A stretch of 64,000 bases of DNA from Tubulanus polymorphus. Taxonomy: Eukaryota > Animalia > Nemertea. The translations under genes and the position numbers were made by a program. The notes beneath the pieces were generated by a model. That model saw only the letters and a list, made by a program, of their open reading frames with translations. It did not search any database and was not told the origin of the DNA. This document shows, in pieces, positions 1-12,841 of this stretch (the first letter of the stretch is position 1; every line of letters starts with the position of its first letter). The stretch covers positions 11,121,950-11,185,949 of the forward strand of contig NC_134026.1 in assembly GCF_964204645.1 (NCBI RefSeq). Direction: 5' to 3'.

Positions 1-1629
1 AGTACTTAGATTGCGCGATTAGGTCTCTATGCCTACCCGTAGCAGTCTGAATTTTTTTCATGCTAGATCTGCATGGGAATTTGTTGAGACATCCGCATTA
101 CGACACATATAGATCACCGATGGGTTTATGTATTCCAGGTCAGATAATGCTGGTGCTTATCCGCAGGGGTACTAATTCGATATGTAGAAATATTTACTAG
201 GCTACTTTAGGCCTGCTAAGTTAAGTGCTCTATCCCTGATATATAAATACATGCTCATACCGATGAAAAAGTAACGTAAACATCGAAATCCAGTGGAAAA
301 CATTTTTGTAGAATTCTTGTCCCGCGTTGGTATGAGTAAAGGTATCTTTCGTATCTTTCATAAATTTTCTTCTGTGTTATGGCTTGGAAACGATTACTCA
401 AAAGTTTTTGCATGATGCTTATATACAGACGAGAACATGTTCGAGAAGTCGTCTCAAAATGACATGATTTATCCATTGCAACTTACTGGTAGACCTTACA
501 GTGATTTTGTACCCGTGATCAGTTCGTGTGTAAGATGGATTCACAATATGTATGTACACAATTTTACACGCATACCCAATATACACGTCATTACGCATAA
601 TTTCTTCGCGTTATCACCTACTGTTTTTCGATATGACTAATCGGTTATTATTACAAAATAGGAATCCCGAGCCCTGATGAAACATCATAGCATTTTGCAT
701 CGTAATCTGGGTTTATGGTGCTTTGACATCGGTAACCTGGATTATATATTTCCGTGCGAATATATCACGCTAATGGCTGCGCATTATTGATCAAGTTTAT
801 CATAGTGGTCACTGATCAACATCAATCAGAAACTTGAAATTAATTTTCAGAACAATATGACAGCGGCTGGAAACTTATTTAACAGTCGAAGTTAACAACG
901 GCTATGAAAACCGATTTCCATATGTTTAAGTGAAGGCAAACATAACTGAATGCCTTTCTAATAAATTTCAGTCGCCACCGGTCAATAAAGCCATTGTGAA
1001 CAGATCGTCAATTTTACTGACCGTCGTTCGGGTATTGATTCCAACCGATTTTATGGCGTGGTCCCTATGCATCACGAGCGGATATTGAACCAGGCGATGA
1101 GCAGAGGAAGCGGGCGGGGATCTCCGTTCAATAGAACGCATGCTGACCACCATGCACTCTGTGATTTATTTCCCTTGATTACTTAGTGAATTATAACCGT
1201 CAACTTTGCCATTAGATTCGAAAATTGATTTCAAATCAATGAAGATATTTCGTCCAAAAATGAGTCATCGAAATATCTTCGTAACACATGAAATATTGAT
1301 GATTCAAGAATCATTAGGCCCATTCTTGGTTTATAGATATTTTGTTGGCGAACCTTTATTTCGCGCGTCAGTGATCGCGTCTTAAACAATGTTAATAACC
1401 TATTCAAATACGCTTTACATTAAAGCAATCTCAAAGATGTGTATTTTTCGAACATTGACTAATCATAAAACTCTTTGAATAAAAATGTTTTTAAAACACG
1501 TTCAAAAGTGGTTCGATAAGACGAATTTCAGATGATTGGTTATGAACAATCCAATAAGAAACAAGAATTTGATTTTTTTTTTGGTGGACAGGCAACCAAT
1601 TGAGACTATACAGTATTCGGGTAACGTGT

Positions 1630-1830
1630 ACATGTTTCTTTGACCGAGCAACTAAATTAGTCGTGTCGCACAGTTTATAGTTAATTGCAACCGGTTTATA
1701 AGATTTGATGGTAGGTTATACAGTAAACTATTACAGTAATCGAATCGGAATGAGACAAATGCGCGAACCAATCGTTCTGCTCTAATTTTGTCTAAAACCG
1801 GCGAATTCTGCCGATTCGGAAAGAAATGAA
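1630..1830 (-). pseudogene. L2-group LINE ORF2 3' remnant
   Basis: Translation LVRAFVSFRFDYCNSLLYNLP...NRLQLTINCATRLI matches the conserved post-RT motif of L2/CR1 LINEs (LVHAFVTSRLDYCNSLL.GLP...RLQ.VQNAAARL). Confidence 0.7.
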
Positions 1831-3879
1831 ATAAAATTGATTCACGCATTATATTTGCGATATGATGGTCCATATCATCAAGTGCATTCAAGGATCTCTT
1901 ACGGAGAGAATAAATAGTAAGCCATGCTCACTTAATTAAATCGAGCTATATTCATTCCAAAATATCTAGAGTAATGGCGATAAAAATTACAATGAAATTG
2001 ATAATCACGTGTTTCAATTTTATCTTTCCTAGAGATTAAGTTCGAACACATGGTTTAGATTCATACGCAAAAATCTTTATATTGAATTTATCAAATTCCA
2101 CATTAATTCGAGTAAAATAGTCGATTTCTCCAATTTTTAACTAAGAAAAGAATTTCAACTTTTCGACATGTGCGTTTATTTTACTAATTATACCACTATG
2201 CACAAAAAATTATGTTTTATGACGTACCTTAGGCAGGCTCAAAATAAATTGCTAAGATATCCCAAGCTTCTTTTGGTGACTGAACGTTACGAATTTTCGA
2301 TAACTGTGGTTATGAAGTTGATGATGAATTAAAAGGCCCGAAGCCTTGTGGAGTTGCCATCACTCTAACATCTACAATTATTGAATAATGCGCTCAGAAA
2401 ATCGAACTGGTTCTGAATGGCTCCTGCAACTTGCGGAAGTGTCCCTGCAGCGTTAATATGCACTAACCGTTACCAAGTCTTTCTGCTCACGTGGTTCAAT
2501 TGAAGAACTAATTTGGTGATTACTTTTATATGGATCACTGGCGGGCTACACGTCTGTGAATTACAGCACAAGATTTTCGAGCGTTTATTGTGTCTTTCAA
2601 CTTGCGTGCGAATGAAGACCGACGAGTCAATCGTGGGTTACGTAGGTAACAACGAACTGTATCGAACAAACTCAGGTGCGAAAAGAGGTTAGCCATCCAG
2701 ATTTTGTCTCAACGGCCATTCGTATAGGCAAAAGTATCTGCAATAAAATCAGTTAACGTAATTTTTTGCATTAAAGTATGCATACTTCTAAAGATTCCCC
2801 TCTGAAAATTGTTTTATGGCGTATTTTGTCTTTAAACCACATAAACATACAAATAGAAAATTGATGTTCCTCATTTCATTTGCAAAGGTTTTTTTTTTAA
2901 TTTCCTTTCTAAAGGATATATATTTCGACCAATTTTGTTGACCGTTGATATATAAAAAGTGCTATCAAAAGATATGGCATTTTAAGTTCGCGTTACAGAA
3001 GCCACGTAAAGAATTTCGTACTCTCGAAGGGTGTCGGCAGCTCCCAGCTAGTTGTTAACTATAATACGATATTAATACACCATCCATTACGATTGCATGT
3101 ACGTGTGTAACTGGTATAATGAGTACATAGACTTAATTATGGATGCCGAAGTAAAACAGATATTTTCACTTTAGACGGCAATAAAACGTATTCAGGATAA
3201 CTACTCACCGTAAAAGCCCGGGAAACGTTTTCCACGACGCTCAAGCTGTAATTTATTGCCTCCCCAGCGGCGTTGATCAGGTTAAGATGGACGTGAACGC
3301 CGCCCAAGATATTCATGTAAACGTACATCCTGGTGTGTATAAATCTGACTTAACATCGTATCGTATATGCCTCCTTGTCATAGATATGTAGGCCCATTGT
3401 CAGTGTCTCGTTCTTCTCGGGTTTCCCCTGGTACAGATAAAAAATTATATGGTATCTTTTTTGTACTTTTTAGCAAACAGTTTTGATATCCACAAAGCTT
3501 TTATTGGCAGAGAGTTCAGGTAACTGAATATCCACAATAGTGACAACAAAAAGGGGAAAAACAGTTTAAGAAGACGTTTGGTGCTTAGTAATAGTAGAAT
3601 TAATAGTAACTCAATTTCTTGCGCCCTTTTCACTGTGATACATTGTTCAACGGCGCTTTCCTTTGAATTTGTATTATCAATATTGATTATATCTTAATTG
3701 TCAGAGAATATTCTCGTATGACACATACAAATATATAAACGGATACATTTAACATACCTTTACATAAACACATACGCATCGGAAGATTTGAGCAGGAGGA
3801 GCCGTGTATCAACCAGATGCAAAATCAGTAAAATTGATTACATTTGAGGATCATATTTGACAAACTAGATTAATTAAGT

Positions 3880-5050
3880 GGTTTATATACATGTATTTGA
3901 CTTTGTTCAGATATTTAGCTTAACTGAGACCATTAAGGGGATTTCTCATAAATTTGGAAACTTTATATGTATTTGGGCGAATAGTGGCATTTCTTGGGAT
4001 GTGTGTGGCGCGTGCATTACTGTACTGAGGGCAATGTATATAAACATGGACTTCATCTGCTTCTCATTGAGAGAACAAAATTCACATACATATGGTTTGA
4101 TAGTGGGGTATAGGGGACGCAACCATCTCCCAGTTTCCACACGCAGGTCATGACTAGAGCATCTGAATCTAGCAATAATGGATCTTATTTCTTTCGGAAA
4201 ATCCAATACGGATCGTAAGAAATACTAGATTTAAAAATGGCGTTAGAAAAGTGCCTTAATAGACGCATGGATCCAGTAAAATCTATAGTTGTTTGTATTG
4301 GATCCTTTAAGTGCTGTTCAACCAAGCGAAAAAGCATATTTTGTTCGTATTTTTTGTGTCAGCCGTACTTCATCGAAACCCAGTCCATTCAACAAATATC
4401 TGATATTAGAAGCCCAGTTCACGACGTTCGGTGATCTAGCAATTTCTGCCAGTGTTATTTCACAAAGCGTCGATGAGCGTTGCGGGGTTGGATTTAATGA
4501 CCTTTGACCGATATTTCAGGATTCGAATTTGGTTTTTACTATGTAGTTTGTATCCACCCAGTTCTCCAAACTCAAAATAATCAGGAGAACTAGAATCTAT
4601 CTTAATTATACTAGCAACCTACTGGATTATATCTTATCATCATTACATCTTAAAATGTAGTGACTATATGTTCTAATTTTCTTTCTCGCCGAAGCCCCCA
4701 TGGACTTGGCATCCATTATTCAAAACTGGAATGACGACTATCAAAACATTTCAAGGCTAATTTTGGTGCCATATCTGGGAAGTTTAGAATGCATTCCTGA
4801 ATTACCCCGATCAGCAATATAATTGATAGCAGTATTTTTCTTTCCGTTGAAATTCAATATAGGATCTACATGTATATGTATTTGAATGAGTTTAAACACT
4901 ATATGACACGTCCAGAAAATGATTAAACTCATTTGGTAAAAGTTTATATCTAAACAAATTTCTATCTCTTTTGCATGATTTATTGTACCAAGATGTTTTG
5001 TCCTAGTATGCGTTATCCTTCCTGTGTATATTGTGTGACTGCCTATTGTA
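3880..5050 (-). pseudogene. Degenerate non-LTR retrotransposon 3' half (RTE-X-like ORF2 C-terminus)
   Basis: IARFRCSSHDLRVETGRW...CEFC is a typical C-terminal zinc-knuckle region of RTE-X-like LINEs. Upstream frames are broken by stops and frameshifts. Boundaries approximate. Confidence 0.6.
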
Positions 5051-5469
5051 ATGACGAAGTAAAACCATCTTCTAGTTCATCAATACAGTTATTCTTATGA
5101 GCTATATTTATGGCATTATTTAGACTAAATTATTGAGCTGCTGCTGGACATCGCGCTACCCTAGAAATTGCTTGAAATTCGATTATTTTCCTTATGCCAT
5201 CAGAATTTGTGGCACTTTGTCTCGCCCACAAAGTTTGTTTCGCCGCAGGTAAAATGATTATTACGACTGGTTAATGATAGTTCAAGCATCAGAGAAATGA
5301 CGTAGTAAACTGATCATATTAAAGTCCAAAAGTAGGCCTACATAATCAACAACACTTGTACCATTTGGCTGGTGACAAGTGTTTTTGCGCCGTTACTTTG
5401 CCGATGAACCCAGTTTCGCCTATATAAGACCTAGGAAGCAATCTTAGGTTATCTGATTGTAAAAAATTG

Positions 5470-6780
5470 ATCTTTTAAATGCCCTTAAGGTATAAAAAGT
5501 GCAGTTTTTGCAATAACAGTTCCCCTAGCATTGATGAAAGTGCCCTTTTTGTGGGATGGGCGCTAACTAGTATAAAAAGTGCCCCTTTTGCAAAAGAGGT
5601 ACCCCTTGCGTTTAGGGCCCTATTTGTAGAAAGTGTGCCAAGGGTAAAGAAGTATCCCTTTTAAGGGTTTAAATCATGAAAGAACACCTCAGAAAAAGGG
5701 CACTATATCAGCCAAAGGGGGTTACCAGTATCCAGGCATGTGATATATAGATGGGGTTTACGCCTAACTGATGTATAGTTAGGTTTTACATCCAACGTAT
5801 AATCCGACGCCATCTCCGAGAGATGCAACACATTATTCCATTTTGATTTCTATATACTATTATTTTATTTGACTGATTATTTACGAGGAGAGACTTGATG
5901 TTAGTTCTCTCCCCGGAGCCTGGTGGTTAGTAACTCGAGGTAAACTACCCCATGACTCAGTACTCATACTGTACTGCGTAACTAAATATGGTAAGCTATA
6001 GGAGTACTGGCTACTCTAGTGGTCCATTTAAAACTGAAGAGGATATATGTTTAAACATGCACTAATGATTATATAATGATATCTCAACTATGTATCACCT
6101 GTACGTAGTAATGAGAGTGATAAGAATGACACTTTTCATTTATTCACCAGGCGTAGATTCAGGTACGTGTGCTACTGCTGCGAAAATTCCGTGTCCTATA
6201 TAACATTTTTACATTTAGTCGTCTCTATCAATCCAAAAAGTAGACAAGGGCACTATTTTACAGGACGAGCCAGTGATATCTTAAACAAAAAGGCACATTC
6301 GTCGTCGATTAATTTCGAATTGCTTGTAATGTTCTCTGGACCTCAGCATGTATTTATTTTGTATATACCATTGACTTGTTTAATAAAATTAATTTGGACT
6401 TCAAAAAAAAATTAATTTCGAAAAAATACAAGGAAGGGCACTTTTAGTCGTCTCTGTCAATCCCAAAAGTAGAAAAGGGCACATTTTTAGAAGACGATGC
6501 AGATAATTTTCAACAAAAAGCACACCATTCAAGATTTCGCGTTTATTGCCTAGAAACTACATCGCAATGCACTACGTAAATATTCTAGAAAGCACTTTAC
6601 ATCAGGATTTCATTTATTGCCGTGGAAATTGCACCAAAGAGCAGTGAATTGTCAAAATATTCATGGGAGGAACTCCAGATCCCCTCGTTCGTAGCGTTAT
6701 TATTATGCTTTAAATAAATCATGCTTTATCTATAGCTCATACTACTCTCAACAGTGGTTGCAGGATCCACCCCTGTTCTG
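5470..6780. repeat. Cluster of AAGGGCAC/GTGCCCTT subterminal-type motifs, probable MITE remnants
   Basis: More than 10 copies of aagggcac/gtgccc(t) in both orientations. Possible degenerate TIR pair caggcgtagattc (~6149) / ggatccacccctg (~6775). No TSD seen. Confidence 0.4.
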
Positions 6781-6809
6781 CTTAAAAGCTGTCTAGCAGT
6801 GAAAGCTGG

Positions 6810-7170
6810 CCAAACGCCCCGTCCTCCTCCGTCAGGGATTCGAACCTGATAGCATCGAGATTGCCATGGTACGAAAACCTGCCACACTAAACCGAGTGCG
6901 CAGCTACACGCGCGGCTAAGATGATGTCATCAGCAGCTAATCAGATATCCCGTTTTATTTCAGCCCAGGTTTTCCCATTCATAGTTCTTCCCTGAAATTT
7001 ACCTCAGCGATTATACATGCAATCTGATTGGTGCCGCAAGTTTTCGTGCGGCAATGCTGCGCATGTACCTGCGCAGTCGGTCTACTGTGGCAGAGGTTCG
7101 TGCTGTGGCTGAGTGTAGCGATGCCATCAGGTTCGAATCCCTGCCGTGCGAGGATGCAGACGCCCAGGCT
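6810..7170. repeat. Degenerate fold-back (inverted repeat) with B-box-like GGTTCGAATCCC
   Basis: cagggattcgaacctgatagcatcg...ctgccacactaaaccgagtgcgcag (6833-6903) is the reverse complement of ctgcgcagtcggtctactgtggcag...cgatgccatcaggttcgaatccctg (7068-7143), with mismatches. Confidence 0.6.
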
Positions 7171-9207
7171 CTCCAGTACACTGCAATGTACAGTGACGAG
7201 GCTCGAAAGTTGGCTCCCCAACATAAGGAAATACACAACTTTTTTATTGGGTGGTAAATTCAGAGTTCAGTAATTTCTACAAGCATTTGTTAATACGCAC
7301 GTTAGAGTAGATTCCGAGGCAAAGCAGTATGTTCCTATGATATTGAAAGAGCTCAAAAATAATTCTCAGCAGTTTCAAAACTTTTTGAAGACTGTTCGAG
7401 CACTCATGGGAATAACATATCTGTTTCTTGATATCTTTTGATCCCAAAATAGGCCTACTGCGATTTAACAATCTCAAACCTGAAAATTTAGAAGTTATAC
7501 TCAAAAATGAAAATTTAACTAGCGAAGTTGCAATGAACTTAAATTAGAAAAAACCTGCGATTAAGCAAGTACCAGGTGCCTTATGAATATAATGAATAAT
7601 ATTGACTGTTGAGGTGAAGTGATTGAGAATGATTTTTGAGATAGATATAAGGTTTTCCTGCCTTTTACACAACAAAATACACTTTCCGTGTGTTCACTTT
7701 TTTAGAATTCTTCGATATTTTGGATGATCTCATTAGTATGTTTCACGACGAACGCCGGTGCCTTCACGAAACCTATACGTTTCATGGATTATTCGGCTAT
7801 GCAAAATCAAATCTGAGTTGAAGAGCATTGACTGCCCAATTAATGTATCAACACTTGAATCTTGACGAAATGGGATTTTCCAACTGTGCGCTTGGGCTAC
7901 GGCATGTTTGGACTTGTCATGCTAAAAAATTGATATATACCATGTTTTTTTCATTATGCTGAGTTGACCCGGCAGGCCGCATATATCTACCCTGTACTTT
8001 TTTGATCAAGCTATAACTTAACAGACCTGGCAGATAAAGAAATTAACTGTTTACAAATTTAATTGCGGTTTACAAAATGACCGATTGGGAGAAACAAGTA
8101 TCATTTTATTTTAGCCTTATATTATCAGGAATTATCATGCACTAACGAAAGGACGTGAAAAAACTGCATCAGCGTTACCTAGAGCTGTCTTACATTCGTT
8201 TTAAATGCCCAAACACTGATAGGTGATGCTAGAATGGAAAGCCGTTTTATCGGGAAAAGTTTCTAGAAAGTCATCTAATTCATTTGAATAAAGGGATGTC
8301 TCAAGTGGTCAAATATGAAATTTCCACATTCATTCTTTGTCATAAAGAATTCGGCATTGGAGAAATACAATTGCCATAAATAAAGATTTAGAAATCGATA
8401 CAACGCTAACGTAATTTACAGATTTCGTGTGAATCATACACACTTTATATACTTCATATACAATGTCTTTAGATGTTTTTTTCTTTTAAAAACGACGAGG
8501 TCTGACAATGCATTTAGACGGGTTGCCGATGAGAAGGTGAGTTTCCATGTTTGAAAGTGTGGTGAGGACAAATATTTTCTTTTCATACTACAACGTATTT
8601 AAGGTTTTCCTAAATAAATATACGTCTTAAAACATCTTTTATAAGGAAATACCACCTGGAGAACAGGCTAAAATGTCAGTGGTGTTACCGGTCATCTTGC
8701 AGTTCTATGATAATCGCCGGTCATCCTTGGGATTTATCAATTAAATTCTAATGGATGAATTATTTCATTTGGAAAACATTCACTCACATATGAAAATCAT
8801 AGCGTTCAGAAAATCTTTGGACAACCATTCTTCCTTTATTTATGGTTAAATTCCTCTGTTCATGACTTGTGTCAGTGGTGTTACCAAACATATTTACTTT
8901 TTAAAAATGTGCATGTCCCCTGACGACCACCATACCACAGGAACCAGGTGGTGCCAGAGGCAAAGATCTGATATCAACAGGAAACAGACAGAATTACAGG
9001 CAAATATGATAAAAATATCTCTTTTTAAAGCTATTTTACCATTGTAACAGTTGTCTTTGACCATCAAGTGTCAGTGGTGTTCACTGAAAATACCATTATT
9101 GAAATTGTAATAGCTGACCAAAATCAATATCATTGGACTAATATGTCATTGTTCTTTAAACTGAAGTTCCCGCCTTTTTTATAAATATTAGTACGGTGTT
9201 GTCATAT

Positions 9208-9584
9208 GAAAGGCTGAATCCAAGAACATGTCTATCACACTTTTGAGCCCAAACGTCTACTTTTACTTAGTAGCCACTTGAGAACAATAAGCAATTAACG
9301 ATATCGGCTACTTTTCCAGTAGTATACATTTCAAAACAGTCACTCTGGAATAGTATTCCTTTCAATTCGGTTGGTTTTCTATAGTGGCTGTTTCGAAGAG
9401 TCTACTATTGAGAAGTGACCATTTTGAAACATCTGGTTTCGATAGTGCACACTAGCAGTAGAGGTGACTGTAAAACCACCCGCCTGTTAACAGTGACTTT
9501 GTGATAGTAACTACTACCATAGCAGCTACTCTCAAAACACATCGTTTCTAAAAGTCAACTATTGAAAAGTGACCATTTTGAGAT
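9208..9584 (+). repeat. Left terminal inverted repeat of ISL2EU-type element
   Basis: gaaaggctgaatccaagaacatgtctatcacac...gaccattttgagat is the reverse complement of 18046-18422. Confidence 0.95.
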
Positions 9585-10854
9585 CGCTTGCCAGATTCCC
9601 TGTTATAAATACACTGTAGCAACATATGCTTCAGTTTTGCAGTGATACGTGACAATATAAACATACTGAGAAACTCTACTCACGCTATAGTTTGGGGTAG
9701 TTCTATTTAGAATGACTCAGTTGAGATCTGAAGATATTGTAGATAATCTTTGAGGATGTGAAATGTAATGAGCGATTCCCAACTCTAACCAATAAAAGTC
9801 GAGCTTGGAGGTAAATTTGTTTACAAATTGTCAACAGTTATGTAGTTTTAAGACAAAATTTCCTTCTTTTCATGGCGATATAATTGAATAAAGAATTCAA
9901 TTTGAACAAATGCAGCTATTTTCAAGCATAGGTCTGCATTTATTTTTGATTTAAATTCTTAGATTAAAAGCGCAATCATAAATTCAGGCTAACCTCTCAT
10001 TATTGAAATGGTGGTTTATTTTCAACGGGGGCCTGGATGTCTTTGCATCTTAAATTAAGATGTGCATATCGGAGTGTTCGAATTTCCCTGAATTCTAATT
10101 TCGCGAAATCATTGATTTTTTTCAAACAAAATATGCTATATCCATGTGGATTTTTAACATTCCGTTTAGATCGAAAATTATCTACTAATCGGCAAAGAAG
10201 GGATATCCGTGTTGGTCGCTATGAGAGGGATTCCCTGTATATCTGCACCTTAAACTGGTACCTTTGTTGGTTCTAGCCCGCATTCACTTCCAAATTCAAG
10301 TATTGGTAACGTTGGTTTACGATAATTTGAGAAAAAGAGTTTAGTTGGAGAAAACTGATAATTCAGTTAATGAGTTAACTGATAATCTTATAATTCAGCG
10401 ATTCATTGGTTCATCGATTCAGCAAGTTCAAACACCGTACATTTTGGCATGTTATTATATTGGCACCTTGAAATAAAGTTTCATAGAGATATTGCGGTGC
10501 TAAGTTTATCAATGTTAAGAGGTAATTAGTTTTGGTTTGTTGTCTTTTGGTGGCCAAAGCAGTTAGTTCATTCGTTCATCAATCACTGTCCAGTTAGCCC
10601 TGCTGACCGCTAGCTGCTGCTGGGATTTTGATAACCTATATAAACAATTTACTCAACAAAGTAGGAAAGTATGTGAAACTAGAATTACAAATAGCACAGC
10701 GTTAGAGAGTTATTTTTAGCTACATCTGTAAGCTAAAGGTAATCTGACCTCACTCATAAACCCGGAAGTCTAGCAAACAATCCTGCCAGTTCTAGAATGA
10801 AGTAAACCTTATCGCATATACTTACAAAATAAGGTATTTTTGGTACTTTATATA

Positions 10855-12670
10855 ATGGGAAATGACAGAAATAAACATTGTTGTTATGGATTGTGCAATA
10901 ACGATGGTCGTTACCCAGACAGACCAGCGATGCAAGGAGTTTTTTTCATAAACTTTCCGAAACCAAAAACTCAACTTGACAAATGCAAGCGATGGATACA
11001 GTGCTGTGGTCGACCTCATGATCAGTTCAATGTGACTACGATTTCTAAAAACACGTTCATATGCAGCAAACATTTTGTTGGGGGAGAGGGGCCAACTTCA
11101 GATCACCCTGATCCAATACCAGCAACAGCAACTACTGACCAGGTAAAGTACTCTTATTATTATGAAAATATAAGTACATAAACTGGGCCTCTATTGTTCT
11201 CATAAATGGCAAATGATAAGTAGAAATCGTTAGCAATGAATTCTAAACATTTCAAAAAAATAATAATTAACTTCTGATTATCATATTATTATTTAAGGTG
11301 GAAAAATTCTGTCGCAAACGTCGCAAGGCCCCTACACCTCGTGGATCAAGTACTCCGACGAGTAAAAGGAAACGACTAAATGATGAACGAGATGTCTCCT
11401 AGATTTGAGTTCTATTATAACAACCCAATCTGAAATTAATGACGCTGAAGTTTCAGCCCAAGAGTTTTTGGATTCATCGGTAAATTTCTAATATAGGGCC
11501 TATCCTATTTACCTAAGTAACTTCATATGCATTACTGATTTTAATGGGCAAAAACTTTCTGAATTCCAGATTAAGACTGTGGGTGCGCAGACAGATCCTG
11601 TTTCATGCAGACCTTGCGTTGAAAGGAATGAAATTCGAGTTCAGACTATTTATTCAAAATATGAACTGCAATCAAAAATTAGCACTATAGTTATGAAAAA
11701 TAACCTCAATATTTCTCAACCATCAAATTTATTTGTTGAGGATAATCAACCATCGTTGAGTCTTCAAAAACTGAAAGAAGACGACAAGAAAATGAAATAT
11801 TTTACTGGGCTGACGTATCTTCAGTTTGAGGCTCTTTTCAACTTCCTTGGACCAAGCGTCAATAATCTCAGATACTGGAATCGCTCTTACAAATGTGACA
11901 AAAGTCCGATGACTTCGATGCGCAGGACAAAACCTATGGACGAACTATTTATAACATTAGTGCGATTACGACGAGGCTTTTACTTTCATACGATGTCATT
12001 CCTTTTCAAATTATCCGAATTCAGCCTGCGGTCAATATTTACAACATGGTTACAATTTTTTTACTGTCATTTTAATGATATGCGTTCTGTTATGTTTCCT
12101 GACCGTACCGTTCTCCGTCGTTTTCTACCAAAATCGTTTAAGGGATTCAAGAATGTAAGATGCAGTGTCGACTGTACTGAATTCTTCTGTGAAATGCCTC
12201 GAGACTTCACTAGACAAGGAAATTTATATTCCAACTACAAGCACCATCACACATTTAAGTGTCTTATTGCTGTGGCCCCAAATGGAACAGCTGTATTTGT
12301 TTCCAAGTTATTTGAAGGCGCAGTGAGCGATCGAGAAATATTTGAAAAATGTGGGATTCTTGATTATTTAAATCCGGGTGATCTCCTCTTTGTGGATAGG
12401 GGATTCACTGTACAGGATCTATTGCTCTCTAGACAAGTTGATATGAATATCCCACCATTTTTACAGGGTAGAGATAAACTGACACCACAGGAGGAATTGT
12501 TGACAAGAAAAATAGCAAAATCTAGGATTCATGTTGAACGGTTCAATGAAAGAATTAAAAAATTTGGATTAATATCCGGTGTTATGCCACTTAGTATGAC
12601 ACCCTTAGCCACCCAAGCTGTATTTGTTGCCTGTTGTCTTGTCAACTTCCAAGAACAGCTAGCAATATAG
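10855..12670 (+). CDS. THAP-domain + Harbinger/ISL2EU DDE transposase (exons 10855-11142, 11298-11479, 11570-12670; apparent 1-nt frameshift in exon 2)
   Basis: THAP C2CH: CCYGLCNN...FPKP...RW...ICSKHF. Exon 3 has an HTH region (YFTGL, LFITLVRLR) and catalytic VDCTE / VDRGF / HVER. GT-AG junctions present. Exon 2 is 182 nt between phase-0 junctions, so the frame is broken. Confidence 0.9.
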
Positions 12671-12841
12671 AAATTGTACAATATAAATATGTATATATCA
12701 CGTGAAGTTTTTATTTTATACATTTTAATGCAATTAACAAATCTGAAATACATGTATATTCAAAATATAAATGTACAATATATGTTCAGAATATACAAAA
12801 TGAAATTATTATATGAATACATGCATTTATGTTCATTTATT

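Noticed and set aside
2340-2730. Possible ancient coding remnant
   Set aside because: No recognisable motif could be read in any frame.
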